Part shown: positions 7,956 to 17,900 of the stretch, piece after piece
Layout: each line of letters opens with the position of its first letter
Numbering within the stretch: the stretch's first letter is position 1
NCBI GenBank assembly: GCA_913048065.1
Contig: CAJWVG010000003.1
Span: forward strand, 1-49,809
Direction of reading: 5' to 3'
Length of the DNA: 49,809 bases
From: an uncultured Gammaproteobacteria bacterium
Lineage (GTDB): Bacteria > Pseudomonadota > Gammaproteobacteria > GCA-002705445 > GCA-002716945
Program-made: the position numbers and the translations under genes
The notes under the pieces: model-generated
What the model was told of the DNA's origin: nothing
What the model saw: the letters and a program-made list of their open reading frames with translations, nothing else
Databases searched by the model: none

Positions 7956-9061
7956 TGAAAGTTTATCTTGTTGGTGGGGCGGTGAGAGATGAATTGCTTG
8001 GGCGACAAGTTAATGAGAAAGACTGGGTGGTAGTTGGTTCAACACCCAATGAAATGCGCAAGAAAAACTTTAAACAAGTAGGCAAAGATTTTCCAGTCTT
8101 CATTCACCCAGAAACTGGAGAAGAATATGCTCTGGCCCGCACTGAGAGAAAAACTGGGCATGGCTATACCGGATTTGATTTCGATACTAATTCAAATGTT
8201 ACTCTTGAAGAAGATTTAGCTAGAAGAGATTTGACTATCAATGCAATAGCTAAAGATGAAGATGGTACCTTAATAGATCCTTATAATGGACAAAAAGATA
8301 TTCAAGACAAAAGATTAAGGCATGTATCAGATGCTTTTTCAGAAGATCCTTTAAGAGTACTGAGAATTGCGAGATTCCATGCTACTTTAGGAAATTTTAC
8401 TGTCGCACCAGAAACTATGGATAAAATTAAAGAAATCGTAAAAAGTGGCGAACTTGAGTATTTAACACCAGAACGTATATGGCTTGAAGTATATAAAACA
8501 GAGGAAGAATTATTTCTCTTCTTTAAATTTTTAGATAAATGCAAAACTTTAGATCTGTTGTTTCCAGAAATAACCCTCAATCGTTGGGAAGCTGGAAAAT
8601 GTTGGTGGCCAAATAATCCAACAAATATTGAAGTAATAGCGGTTCATATGTTTAATCTTATTAACAGGGAAGGAATAATTAATTTTGCTAAAAGATTGAA
8701 AATTCCAAATGAATATAAAGAATTAGCTTTATTGCTAGATGATTGTTTTGATGACTATATCACTTATTTACCTAAAAATATTGATGATTATGATACATTA
8801 CTAGCATTAGTCCAAAAACTTGACATCCGTAAAGAAGAGAGATTGAAATCATTTATGTCATGTGTATATGCCTCAGAAGTTATTCATGGATTTGAGGAAC
8901 ATAAGTTTTTTTTTGAAGATTTAATCTATAAAATAAAGAATTATAAACTAAGTTTGGAAGATCAAAAAAAACCTGGTAGTGAAATAAAAAAGATTATTAA
9001 TGACGCGCATCGTGAAATCACTAAAGATTGTATAAGAAATATTTTAAATAAAACCAATTAA
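7955..9061 (+). CDS. cca: CCA-adding tRNA nucleotidyltransferase (short form)
   Basis: [47 protein letters not shown]. Confidence 0.93.
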   Translation: MKVYLVGGAVRDELLGRQVNEKDWVVVGSTPNEMRKKNFKQVGKDFPVFIHPETGEEYALARTERKTGHGYTGFDFDTNSNVTLEEDLARRDLTINAIAKDEDGTLIDPYNGQKDIQDKRLRHVSDAFSEDPLRVLRIARFHATLGNFTVAPETMDKIKEIVKSGELEYLTPERIWLEVYKTEEELFLFFKFLDKCKTLDLLFPEITLNRWEAGKCWWPNNPTNIEVIAVHMFNLINREGIINFAKRLKIPNEYKELALLLDDCFDDYITYLPKNIDDYDTLLALVQKLDIRKEERLKSFMSCVYASEVIHGFEEHKFFFEDLIYKIKNYKLSLEDQKKPGSEIKKIINDAHREITKDCIRNILNKTN

Positions 9062-9814
9062 AGATATACCTAAAATTAACCTATAAATTATATATGGTGT
9101 AAAAGAAATTTTGTTTATTGTGGATATAAATAAATAAATAGTTATATATGAAAAAATAAAAGATAAAAAAGCCCCCCAAACATATTCATTTAATATTTCA
9201 ATACTACCTAGCTTGTACAATCCAAACGACTGATAGACAGTGGCCATAAAGATAGCTGGTATAGACAATAAAAATGCTATTTGAATTGAATCCTTCCTGC
9301 TAAATCCTGCTAATAGAGCAGCGGTAATTACAATTCCTGATCTTGATACACCTGGAATGATAGCTAATGTTTGCATGATACCTATGAATATGATTGTAAA
9401 TATACTCAAGGATTTTAAACTGCTAATAGCCACAGTTTTTTTCATATCAGCTATATACAAAAATATAGCAAAGATAATAGTCATGATAGCAATAGAAGTG
9501 ACATTTCTTAGATTCATTGAAACAATATCTATAAACATTAATCCTATTATCGGCAGGGGTATAGAGCCCAATATTATTAATTTTAAATACACATTGCCTT
9601 CATGAGAAAGTGTAAAAATTTTTTTAATTTCCCTTCTATAATAAATCAAAATCGCAACTAGGGATCCAAAATGAAGTGCAATATCAAAACCTACACCTTG
9701 GTCTGGTATCCCTAAAATAGATGAAGTTAGAATTAGATGTGACTGACTTGAAATAGGTAAGAATTCAGTAATACCTTGAATAGCTGATAAAATTAATAAG
9801 TGTATAAAATCCAT
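9044..9814 (-). CDS. uppP: Undecaprenyl-diphosphatase
   Basis: [15 protein letters not shown] and PGVSRSG motifs; polytopic membrane protein. Confidence 0.95.
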   Translation of the reverse strand: MDFIHLLILSAIQGITEFLPISSQSHLILTSSILGIPDQGVGFDIALHFGSLVAILIYYRREIKKIFTLSHEGNVYLKLIILGSIPLPIIGLMFIDIVSMNLRNVTSIAIMTIIFAIFLYIADMKKTVAISSLKSLSIFTIIFIGIMQTLAIIPGVSRSGIVITAALLAGFSRKDSIQIAFLLSIPAIFMATVYQSFGLYKLGSIEILNEYVWGAFLSFIFSYITIYLFISTINKISFTPYIIYRLILGISLIGFI

Positions 9815-9815
9815 A

Positions 9816-10943
9816 TTATAGTTTATGTAAGTGATTTAATTTTTTTGTCGATAGTAGTTGATTATCTAGATTTTTTTTCAAAACAAGAACCTTAAATATT
9901 TCACCCATTGTATTTGGCAAGAGTAGATTTTTCAATCTGTTTAGTTCAATGATTTTTTGTTCTTCTGAGTATTTTTTTTCTTCAAAGATATTAAGAATTC
10001 CTAAATTAATTAAAAAACTTGACTGACTAATGTAGCCATCAACTAAAAGATTTAGAGATTTGGCTATATTTGAGATATGCGTAAAATTAACAAAAGTCGA
10101 TATATCTTGTCTACCAATATTGATTAAAGGGTTAAAATTTGGTGTATGGTTATGCATACAAACTAAAGTTCCATCACATCTGTCCTTCAAAAAATATTCA
10201 CTGCTATGATAACCATAATCAATTATGAATATTACTCCACTGGTTAGTAAGCCCTCTAATAAAGATATCCATTTATTATAATTTAAATTTAGCTCGCTAA
10301 TATAGTTCTCATATTCCAATTTCTCGTGATTATTTTTAGCTATATCAAGCTCTCTATAAAATGAATTGTTACAGCTTTTCCAAAAATAACATAGCTTATT
10401 ATTTTCATATCCTATATATAAAGAGTCTATTTTTTTATTTTTAATCCTGAATCTTTCTGTTGGAAGCGCATCAAAAAATTCATTCGCTATAATTAAACCA
10501 TTGAGTTTCTGCTTATCTAACACATTAGTCCACTCAAATATGTCATATAGGTCAGGCAACTGGTTTTTTATTTTTTGTTTCTGAATTGTGATTAAGTATT
10601 CTGATATTTCTAGAATAATATAGTGCTTAGGTAGAATATCAAGCTTCTTTAATCTGGAAATTATAGATAAAGCTAAGCTACCATCACCTCCTCCCAATTC
10701 TAATATAGACAAATTTGGATTATCTTCCGAAAGGTTTATAAACTCATTAGAAATTGCCTCTCCAAATAGCGACGAGGAAATCGGTGCAGTGACAAAATCA
10801 CCTTTAGGGCCAAATATTTTTTTTGAATTAGTATAGTAACCAAAAGCGTTATTATATAGAACTATGTCCATATAATCAGAAAAAGATATGTGTCCTTCCC
10901 TGCGGATTTTCTCTGTTAAATATGACTCAAGATGTGTTTGCAT
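9816..10943 (-). CDS. SAM-dependent methyltransferase, MidA/NDUFAF7 family
   Basis: GDFVTAP, ILELGGGDGSLA, IANEFFDALP, IDYGY, QDIS..VNF, MGEIFKV motifs. Confidence 0.88.
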   Translation of the reverse strand: MQTHLESYLTEKIRREGHISFSDYMDIVLYNNAFGYYTNSKKIFGPKGDFVTAPISSSLFGEAISNEFINLSEDNPNLSILELGGGDGSLALSIISRLKKLDILPKHYIILEISEYLITIQKQKIKNQLPDLYDIFEWTNVLDKQKLNGLIIANEFFDALPTERFRIKNKKIDSLYIGYENNKLCYFWKSCNNSFYRELDIAKNNHEKLEYENYISELNLNYNKWISLLEGLLTSGVIFIIDYGYHSSEYFLKDRCDGTLVCMHNHTPNFNPLINIGRQDISTFVNFTHISNIAKSLNLLVDGYISQSSFLINLGILNIFEEKKYSEEQKIIELNRLKNLLLPNTMGEIFKVLVLKKNLDNQLLSTKKLNHLHKL

Positions 10944-10998
10944 GATTTAATATTTTAATTATAGTGTACATTTTTTTAATTATCCTTAATATATATCT

Positions 10999-11739
10999 AT
11001 GACTATAAATAGAACAGTTTTTATTACTGGAGGTATAAGACGTATAGGGCTTATAACTTCTAAATATCTTCATAAAAACGGTTACAACATAGTTACAACT
11101 TATGATAAATCAGCCAAAGAGGCTAAAATATTACACAAAAATCTAAATTCAATAAGAAGTAATTCCTGTGAAATCATAAAAGTTAGTTTAAATTCAAAAA
11201 CAGACTACAACCTACTATATAAAAAAATAGTAAAAATTTTCGGAAGAGTAGATGTATTAATAAATAATGCCTCAAAATTCTATCCTACTAAAATCAATAT
11301 GGTTAATAATAAATCGTGGGAAGATATTATTGATACTAATCTTAGAGCCCCTTTATTCCTGTCTAAATATTTCTATCCTGAATTGAAAAAAAGAAAAGGA
11401 TCTATAGTAAATATAATTGATATTCATATTAACCCACCTCTCAAAGATCATATTATTTATAATTTAAGTAAAGCTGGCTTATTAGCTTTAACTAAAACAC
11501 TTGCAAAAGATTTGGCTCCTAGCGTTAGAGTAAACGGTGTGTCACCTGGAGCTATTATGTGGCCGGAATCTGACATGAATAATCAAAAAAAGAAAAAAGA
11601 GATTCTATCACGAATTGCTTTAAAAAGAATAGGTAATCCAGAAGACATTGCAAAAGCAGTATTATTTTTAATCAAAGATGCAGACTATGTTACTGGTCAG
11701 AATATCAATGTTGATGGTGGACGTAAACTAAATATGTAA
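10999..11739 (+). CDS. Pteridine reductase (FolM/PTR1-like short-chain dehydrogenase)
   Basis: ITGGIRRIG, LINNAS, YNLSK, VRVNGVSPGAIMWP, VTGQNINVDGGR; next to folK/folB. Confidence 0.85.
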   Translation: MTINRTVFITGGIRRIGLITSKYLHKNGYNIVTTYDKSAKEAKILHKNLNSIRSNSCEIIKVSLNSKTDYNLLYKKIVKIFGRVDVLINNASKFYPTKINMVNNKSWEDIIDTNLRAPLFLSKYFYPELKKRKGSIVNIIDIHINPPLKDHIIYNLSKAGLLALTKTLAKDLAPSVRVNGVSPGAIMWPESDMNNQKKKKEILSRIALKRIGNPEDIAKAVLFLIKDADYVTGQNINVDGGRKLNM

Positions 11740-11747
11740 ATTGAAAT

Positions 11748-12182
11748 TTAGTTTGGCGTAATCACCAAAGGTATTAATAAAAATAAGCATAAAGAAAAAG
11801 TAACAGGTATACGTAAGTAGTATATTATAAATGAATTAGCTTTTTTTCTTAAATATATTAAATAATCAATACATAGTTGAATTAATAAAAATAATATTAG
11901 ATATGTAAACAGAATCATTTGATCAAATCCTAAGATACTAAATATTATAATTCCAAAAGAAATCAAGCTTGGAATAAAACCATATATTGTTAAAAAAATA
12001 GTCCCTTTACCAAAATCCCAATTAATCGCGCCTATGAAGGTAAATATTAATAATGTATTATACAGCATTATATTTAGTAGGATAATAGGGCTTAGATATT
12101 CCAAAAAATAAATATCTATTAAGCAATAAATATATGGTAATAATCCGATATAAGAAATAATGCATTGAATTAATATATTCAT
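11748..12182 (-). CDS. Small membrane protein, DUF3429-like
   Basis: Four hydrophobic segments; GLLPY and Y..LIFTFIGAINW resemble the family pattern. Confidence 0.6.
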   Translation of the reverse strand: MNILIQCIISYIGLLPYIYCLIDIYFLEYLSPIILLNIMLYNTLLIFTFIGAINWDFGKGTIFLTIYGFIPSLISFGIIIFSILGFDQMILFTYLILFLLIQLCIDYLIYLRKKANSFIIYYLRIPVTFSLCLFLLIPLVITPN

Positions 12183-12674
12183 TTATAAATCAAAATCTAT
12201 TTGAGATATAATTTGTTTCTTAATACTATGTTTGGCCATAATTTCAATATGAGATATATTCAAGGTGGGATGTATAAAATCAGCAGCAATATCTATCAAT
12301 GGTTTTAATACAAAATCATATTCAATAATTTCTTTTCTAGGTATATCAATTTTATCATTTGAAAGCACTAAATCATCGTAATATAAAATATCAATATCTA
12401 ATGTACGCGAGCTAAATTTAGTCTCATTAAAATTCCTTCCATGTTTATTCTCAATTTTTTTTAATTGCTCTTTAAGCGCATATATATCTTGTTCAGTATC
12501 AAATGAAGAAACCAGATTATAGAAATTTGGCCCATCAAAGCCCATAGATTGAGTTTCATAGACTGGCGAAACTACTATACTTTGATAATTTTTATGGAGT
12601 AATGCTATACATGATCGGATATTTTTCTCTTTTTCAAGATTACTACCGATTCCAATATAAACTTTATGTCCCAT
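12183..12674 (-). CDS. folK: 2-amino-4-hydroxy-6-hydroxymethyldihydropteridine diphosphokinase
   Basis: YIGIGSN, SPVYET, FYNLV, RTLDIDIL, FVLKPL. Confidence 0.95.
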   Translation of the reverse strand: MGHKVYIGIGSNLEKEKNIRSCIALLHKNYQSIVVSPVYETQSMGFDGPNFYNLVSSFDTEQDIYALKEQLKKIENKHGRNFNETKFSSRTLDIDILYYDDLVLSNDKIDIPRKEIIEYDFVLKPLIDIAADFIHPTLNISHIEIMAKHSIKKQIISQIDFDL

Positions 12675-13023
12675 TATTAGTCCTTTCTATAATAACGCCC
12701 ACCTCTTTAGATCCTGTCACAGCGCCGGGTTTACTGAACCTACCCTTTACATAGCTAATATTAAATTCAGCGAAGATTAATTTAATAGTTTCTTCAGCTA
12801 AAGCCTCTATTAATAGAAATTCACTTTTCTGAATAAATGATTGCACGGTTTTTGCCACGGCCTTATAGTCAATTGTATCTTGAATATTATCAGAATCTGA
12901 TGCTTTTGATATTTCAGTGCCAAGTTCGAGATCAATACAAACAACTTGTTTAATTTTTCTTTCCCAATCATAGATTCCAATAATTGTTTCAATACATAGT
13001 TCCTTTATAAATACTATATCCAT
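12664..13023 (-). CDS. folB: Dihydroneopterin aldolase
   Basis: MDIVFI..L.IETIIGIYDWER, TIDY, LIEALAE, KPGAV, VGVIIER. Confidence 0.95.
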   Translation of the reverse strand: MDIVFIKELCIETIIGIYDWERKIKQVVCIDLELGTEISKASDSDNIQDTIDYKAVAKTVQSFIQKSEFLLIEALAEETIKLIFAEFNISYVKGRFSKPGAVTGSKEVGVIIERTNNGT

Positions 13024-13102
13024 TATATTTCCTGTTATTTTATATATATATATTGTATATGATTATGTTTCTGATATCATTATCTGAGTTTGGAGATATA
13101 AA

Positions 13103-13327
13103 GTGTCAAAAATATGTCAAATTACAAAAAAAGGAGTTATGTCGGGCAATAATGTCTCACATGCAAAAAATAGGACTCGAAGGAAGTTTGAACCAAATTT
13201 ACATAATCATAGATTATGGTCAGAAGTTCAAAAAAAATGGATCACTTTAAAATTATCTAATAAAGGCTTAAGAATTATTGATAAATATGGTTTGGATGCA
13301 GCCATAGAGAAATATAACATCAACTAA
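13103..13327 (+). CDS. rpmB: 50S ribosomal protein L28
   Basis: [28 protein letters not shown]; GTG start with GGAG RBS. Confidence 0.97.
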   Translation: MSKICQITKKGVMSGNNVSHAKNRTRRKFEPNLHNHRLWSEVQKKWITLKLSNKGLRIIDKYGLDAAIEKYNIN

Positions 13328-13331
13328 TATT

Positions 13332-13487
13332 ATGAGAGAAAAAATCAGACTAAATTCATCAGCTGGCACAGGTCATTTTTATACTACAACTAAGAATAAA
13401 AAGACCATGCCTGACAAATTAGAAATTAAAAAATTTGATCCAACAATTAGAAAATATGTGATGTATAAAGAAGCTAAAATTAAGTAG
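13332..13487 (+). CDS. rpmG: 50S ribosomal protein L33 (Zn-free type), 51 aa
   Basis: Not in the ORF track; manual translation [51 protein letters not shown]; follows rpmB. Confidence 0.97.
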   Translation: MREKIRLNSSAGTGHFYTTTKNKKTMPDKLEIKKFDPTIRKYVMYKEAKIK

Positions 13488-13491
13488 CTTA

Positions 13492-14676
13492 TTATATTAC
13501 TTTGTAACCCTTAAGACTTTCAGAAAAATCATCTAAGCAATCAATGCCTTGACTCTTTGCCTCAATACACCATGCGTTAATTGTTTCTATAAAATTTTCA
13601 TGCTTTAAGTTTCTAGCATGTAAGATGTCAAATAACTTATTCTTTAACTGATATGCTATTTTTAAAGAGTTGCATTTATCAAATATTTTACCTAATCTAT
13701 TAGTTTCTTGATTAGATATTCGATGTGGCTCTCGTGTTAGAGTAGATTTTGACTTATTTAATAAATCTTTTATATCATCACTTGCATTTTTTGTTTCATT
13801 TTTCATTATTGGCTTAAGAACATTTTTTGTATAGTTCGTAATAACTGTGAGTTTTGATCTAAGCAATGCATACCCTATTTCTGAATCGAGTTTTTCATTT
13901 AGACTACTTCCCACTATAGTTTTTGGCGCGAGTCTTTTAACATTAACTTGGCCTAAAAATGAAAATACCTTTATATAAAACCATCCAATATCAAATTCCC
14001 ATGGTTTCAACGAAAACTTTGCTGCTGTTGGGAATGCATGGTGGTTATTATGAAGTTCTTCGCCACCAATAAGAATCCCTAACGGACCTAAGTTTGTCGA
14101 ATCATCACTGGTATCATAATTTCTATAACCCCAATAATGCCCGGCTCCGTTGATGCCTCCAGCAGCAAAAATAGGTGTCCAGGCCATTTGAATTGCCCAT
14201 ATTATTATCCCAACGACACCAAATAAAAATATATTAAAAAAGAATAAAATTAGTATACCTAGATTACTTCTTGGAGTATAAATATTATTCTCTATCCAAT
14301 CATTCGGACAGTTTTGAGAATATTTCTCTATAGTATCAGGGTTATTTTTTTCATCATGGTACAAATCTGCTCCCCTAAGTAATACGGTATTAATACCATA
14401 ATATGCTGGGCTATGAGGATCATCTATAGTTTCAACCTTAGCATGATGTTTACGGTGAATAGCGACCCAATCTGCTGTTCTCATGGACGTTGTTAGCCAT
14501 AACCAGAATCTAAAAAAGTGAGCCAAAATAGGCTTTATATGAATTGCTGAATGACAAATACCTCTATGAAGATAAAGCGTAATAGCCACAATTGTTATAT
14601 GGGTAACTGTTAGTGTATAGATAAGGTAGTCTATCCACGTAAAGTCCATTATCCCATTAATTAGTAAATCATTCAT
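13492..14676 (-). CDS. desA: Acyl-CoA delta-9 fatty acid desaturase, DesA family
   Basis: His boxes LHRGICH, HRKHH, LHNNHH; start moved to the ATG at 14676 (394 aa) because the longer ORF overlaps mutM. Confidence 0.9.
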   Translation of the reverse strand: MNDLLINGIMDFTWIDYLIYTLTVTHITIVAITLYLHRGICHSAIHIKPILAHFFRFWLWLTTSMRTADWVAIHRKHHAKVETIDDPHSPAYYGINTVLLRGADLYHDEKNNPDTIEKYSQNCPNDWIENNIYTPRSNLGILILFFFNIFLFGVVGIIIWAIQMAWTPIFAAGGINGAGHYWGYRNYDTSDDSTNLGPLGILIGGEELHNNHHAFPTAAKFSLKPWEFDIGWFYIKVFSFLGQVNVKRLAPKTIVGSSLNEKLDSEIGYALLRSKLTVITNYTKNVLKPIMKNETKNASDDIKDLLNKSKSTLTREPHRISNQETNRLGKIFDKCNSLKIAYQLKNKLFDILHARNLKHENFIETINAWCIEAKSQGIDCLDDFSESLKGYKVI

Positions 14677-14743
14677 GTTTGTATATTTAAGATTAATGTC
14701 ATCATATGATACATTAAAAACTATGTCCAATAAATAGATTATT

Positions 14744-15550
14744 ATGCCTGAATTACCAGAAGTAGAAACTGTCGTGAAAGCTATTAATAAAAGTATTAAA
14801 TCTCGACAAATAAATAAATTTAAAATAATAAACTCCAAACTCAGATGGACTATTAGCAGCTATATCCCATCTAAAACTAAAGATAATTATATTAAAACTA
14901 TTTATAGAAGAGGTAAGTACATAATTTTTAAATTGGATATAGGATATTTAATAATACATCTAGGAATGACTGGTATTATAAAATTTATTAATGATAAGGA
15001 TCTTCCTTACGAAAAGCATGATCATTTTGATATTGAATTTAAAGATGGATATATACTGAGATATAATGATGTTAGAAAGTTTGGTTCTGTTCATTATTGT
15101 AAAAATATAGATAATCAGTTTTTGGTAAAAAAATTAGGATGTGAACCTCTAGATGATACTTTTGATAAATTTTATCTTAAAAGAGTATGCCAAAAAAAGG
15201 AAATACCCATAAAAAACCTAATAATGAATCAGACAATAGTAACTGGGATAGGAAATATATATGCTTGCGAAGCATTATTTATCTCTGAGATTAAACCACA
15301 TAAGAAAAGTAAATCGCTAACTCTAGATAATTGTGAAAAATTAGTTAATGCTATCAAATTTGTATTAAAAAAATCTATAAGGGATGGAGGGACAACATTA
15401 AAAGACTTCAAAAGTTTAGATGGAAAGCCGGGATATTTCAAACAAAAACTTTTGGTTTATGGAAAACAGTTATGCGGGTGTGGTAACGAAATAAAAATTT
15501 TAAAGATTGGTGGACGTTCTTCTTTTTATTGTAATAAGTGTCAAAAATAA
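14744..15550 (+). CDS. mutM: Formamidopyrimidine-DNA glycosylase
   Basis: MPELPEVET, RRGKY, HLGMTG, DVRKFG, GIGNIYACEALF, GGTTLKDF, C-terminal zinc finger. Confidence 0.96.
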   Translation: MPELPEVETVVKAINKSIKSRQINKFKIINSKLRWTISSYIPSKTKDNYIKTIYRRGKYIIFKLDIGYLIIHLGMTGIIKFINDKDLPYEKHDHFDIEFKDGYILRYNDVRKFGSVHYCKNIDNQFLVKKLGCEPLDDTFDKFYLKRVCQKKEIPIKNLIMNQTIVTGIGNIYACEALFISEIKPHKKSKSLTLDNCEKLVNAIKFVLKKSIRDGGTTLKDFKSLDGKPGYFKQKLLVYGKQLCGCGNEIKILKIGGRSSFYCNKCQK

Positions 15551-16030
15551 TTAGTTAAACTTAGACTTTAAAGATTCTAGGACTTTTTTATGGACAAACT
15601 TATCTAATCTTCCACCATGTTTAGCAATATCTTTTATTATACTGGAAGATAAGAAACCAAATTCTTCAGCTGGACTCATAAACACGCTCTCAATGTTAGG
15701 CTCCATTGATCTATTCATGCCAGCCAGTTGAACCTCATATTCAAAGTCAGAAACTGCCCGCAGTCCTCTAAGGATAACTGTAGCAGCATGCTCATTTGCA
15801 AAATCTACCAAAAGTTTATTTAAAACAAAAACCTCCACTTTATGCTCATTTTCGTAAATTCCCTCAATGAAGCTTACCCTCTCTTCAGTGCTAAATAATG
15901 TATTTTTTTGAGGGTTTTCAGCAACAGCAACTATAATCTTATCAAAGATTTTACAACCTCTTTTGATAAGGTCAGAATGACCATTCGTAATTGGATCAAA
16001 TGTACCTGGATAAACTGCTACTAACGCCAT
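15551..16030 (-). CDS. coaD: Pantetheine-phosphate adenylyltransferase
   Basis: YPGTFDPITNGH, RGLRAVSDFEYE, LSSSIIK. Confidence 0.97.
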   Translation of the reverse strand: MALVAVYPGTFDPITNGHSDLIKRGCKIFDKIIVAVAENPQKNTLFSTEERVSFIEGIYENEHKVEVFVLNKLLVDFANEHAATVILRGLRAVSDFEYEVQLAGMNRSMEPNIESVFMSPAEEFGFLSSSIIKDIAKHGGRLDKFVHKKVLESLKSKFN

Positions 16031-16031
16031 T

Positions 16032-16604
16032 TTATATATCTCTTTTTTGAGCGATTGTATAACTTACATCGCCTATACTCAAATCTTTTATTATATTATG
16101 TGTCTTAGAGATTATTGATACAAGCTTTTGATTATAATCTTTTCTATTTTGTTCAAAATATAAATAAGAATTTTTTTTAAAATAACCTAAATCATCTAAT
16201 ACTTGAATTGTTGATTGTAATAAGTTTCCTTGAAATGGAGCATCAATAAAAATGAGATCATAGTCTTTCGAGTCGGAACATTTTAAGTATTTTATGACAT
16301 CCATTTTATGTAATTCATAGTTTTGTATATCTAGTTTTTTGAATTGGTTTTGAAGTTGATTACATATATTTAAATTATTTTCTATAAGAATGGATTTTTT
16401 TACTCCTCTTGAAATTGCTTCTGCTGACAATATTCCACTGCCACAAAATAAATCTAAACAAATCATATTATTATCAATATTAATGACATTGAATAACGAT
16501 TGACGAATGTAAGATTTTGTTGGCTTGAGATTATCATCATTAAAGAATGTTAATAGTCTGGAGTTTAACGCCCCTCCTGTAATTTTCAGCTTATTATTAG
16601 GCAA
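16032..16604 (-). CDS. rsmD: 16S rRNA m2G966 methyltransferase
   Basis: KITGG..SR, LKPT...RQSLFN, LDLFCGSGILSAEAISRG; conserved position between the M16 pair and coaD; TTG start. Confidence 0.85.
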   Translation of the reverse strand: MPNNKLKITGGALNSRLLTFFNDDNLKPTKSYIRQSLFNVINIDNNMICLDLFCGSGILSAEAISRGVKKSILIENNLNICNQLQNQFKKLDIQNYELHKMDVIKYLKCSDSKDYDLIFIDAPFQGNLLQSTIQVLDDLGYFKKNSYLYFEQNRKDYNQKLVSIISKTHNIIKDLSIGDVSYTIAQKRDI

Positions 16605-17900
16605 TCAATCTCTTCCTACAGTTGTAATCAATATATTTTCAAAATCTATATCTGACTGTAAAGATACTTTTATGCTTTCTTTTGTGACAGCTTTTATACC
16701 TTCAAAATATTTTTTAAAATATTCTTCAGACATATTTAACTCATTTATTGCAGCAAGTGTGTCTAATCTTTTTTTATTAGTATCAAACCTAAGTTCAAAG
16801 CTTTTTAAAATGCTATTTTTTGCAATTGAAACCTCAGACTCTTTAATATCAAATTTCTTTAACTTATGTATTTCATCTTTTAATATTCTCAAAGCTTTTG
16901 ATGTGTTGGATGTTTTTGTCTGCATACCTATCTTAAGAACTCCAATATCATTATATGGCATCAAATAACTATACACTGAATATGCCAGACCATTTTTTTC
17001 TCTAATTTCTTTCACTAGCATGGAGCCAAATCCACTTCCACCAAAAATATAATTAGCGACTAAAATATTATAAAAGTTTTTGTCAGTACGTTTAACTGCA
17101 GGAATATAGATGGAGATATGTGTTTGATTGCTATCATGAAGAATATTATAAGTATCTGATGATCCACTATAATTTAAATTTTTTGCTTTTGAACTATAAG
17201 AGCTATTAAATGGTATGTTATATAAAGTTCTAGATATAAAATTTGCTGCTTCAGCCTCGTTAATATCTCCCACGAAATTTATCTTAATATTTTCTTTATT
17301 TATAATTTTTGATAAATGCTTATTAACAATATCAGAATTTAATTTTTCTATATCTTTCTTGTACCCTTCGATTGGGTGAGCATATCCAGTTCCTTCAAAG
17401 AACCTTTCATTAGATTTATAAGAAATTATCCTAGATGGTTCTAGTTCTCTATTTTCAATAGAATTCAAAATAGATTCTTTGGTAAAATCATATGCCTCTT
17501 CTGAGATTACACTATATGAAGTTAACATTTTATTAATTTGACTAGATATAAACTGCTTATTTTGATAATTACTAACGAACCTTAACGTGATAGAACTAGA
17601 ATCACGAGTTACGTTAGAAGTATAAAGCGCTCCTATTTTTTGAAAAGAATCTATAATTTTTTCATTATCAACCTTCTGAAGATGTAAAAGTTTAATTGCA
17701 TAATTAGTGATTCCTTTCTTTGCAATGTCATCCTTGCTTCCTGTGCTAAATGTAATATTAACATCAACCATAGGTAGAGATGCCTCCTCTATAAGTAAAT
17801 AATTAGGGTTTTGTTTTATATGTTGTATGGCAGGGAAAGATAGTGCATTTACACTTATAAATAACAAGATTAGTGGAGCTAATTGATAAAATATTTTCAT
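16605..17900 (-). CDS. M16 family peptidase, non-catalytic partner subunit
   Basis: Signal peptide, LPMVDV..FSTGS, GGSGFGSML..EIREKNGLAYSVYS; no HxxEH. Confidence 0.88.
   Translation of the reverse strand: MKIFYQLAPLILLFISVNALSFPAIQHIKQNPNYLLIEEASLPMVDVNITFSTGSKDDIAKKGITNYAIKLLHLQKVDNEKIIDSFQKIGALYTSNVTRDSSSITLRFVSNYQNKQFISSQINKMLTSYSVISEEAYDFTKESILNSIENRELEPSRIISYKSNERFFEGTGYAHPIEGYKKDIEKLNSDIVNKHLSKIINKENIKINFVGDINEAEAANFISRTLYNIPFNSSYSSKAKNLNYSGSSDTYNILHDSNQTHISIYIPAVKRTDKNFYNILVANYIFGGSGFGSMLVKEIREKNGLAYSVYSYLMPYNDIGVLKIGMQTKTSNTSKALRILKDEIHKLKKFDIKESEVSIAKNSILKSFELRFDTNKKRLDTLAAINELNMSEEYFKKYFEGIKAVTKESIKVSLQSDIDFENILITTVGRD

Noticed and set aside
13492-13900. C-terminal helical domain of DesA, often auto-annotated as ISL3 transposase-like
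   Set aside because: It is a normal part of proteobacterial DesA; no DDE catalytic region, terminal repeats or target duplication seen.
14677-14838. 54-aa N-terminal extension of the desaturase in the ORF track
   Set aside because: Overlaps mutM head-to-head; the ATG at 14676 gives a normal 394-aa DesA-length protein.
16525-16968. 147-aa plus-strand ORF, plus similar antisense ORFs (e.g. 29732-30079, 32437-32850, 33644-33967, 35224-35547)
   Set aside because: Lie opposite well-supported genes, Ser/Phe/Ile-rich antisense composition, no RBS or recognisable motifs.
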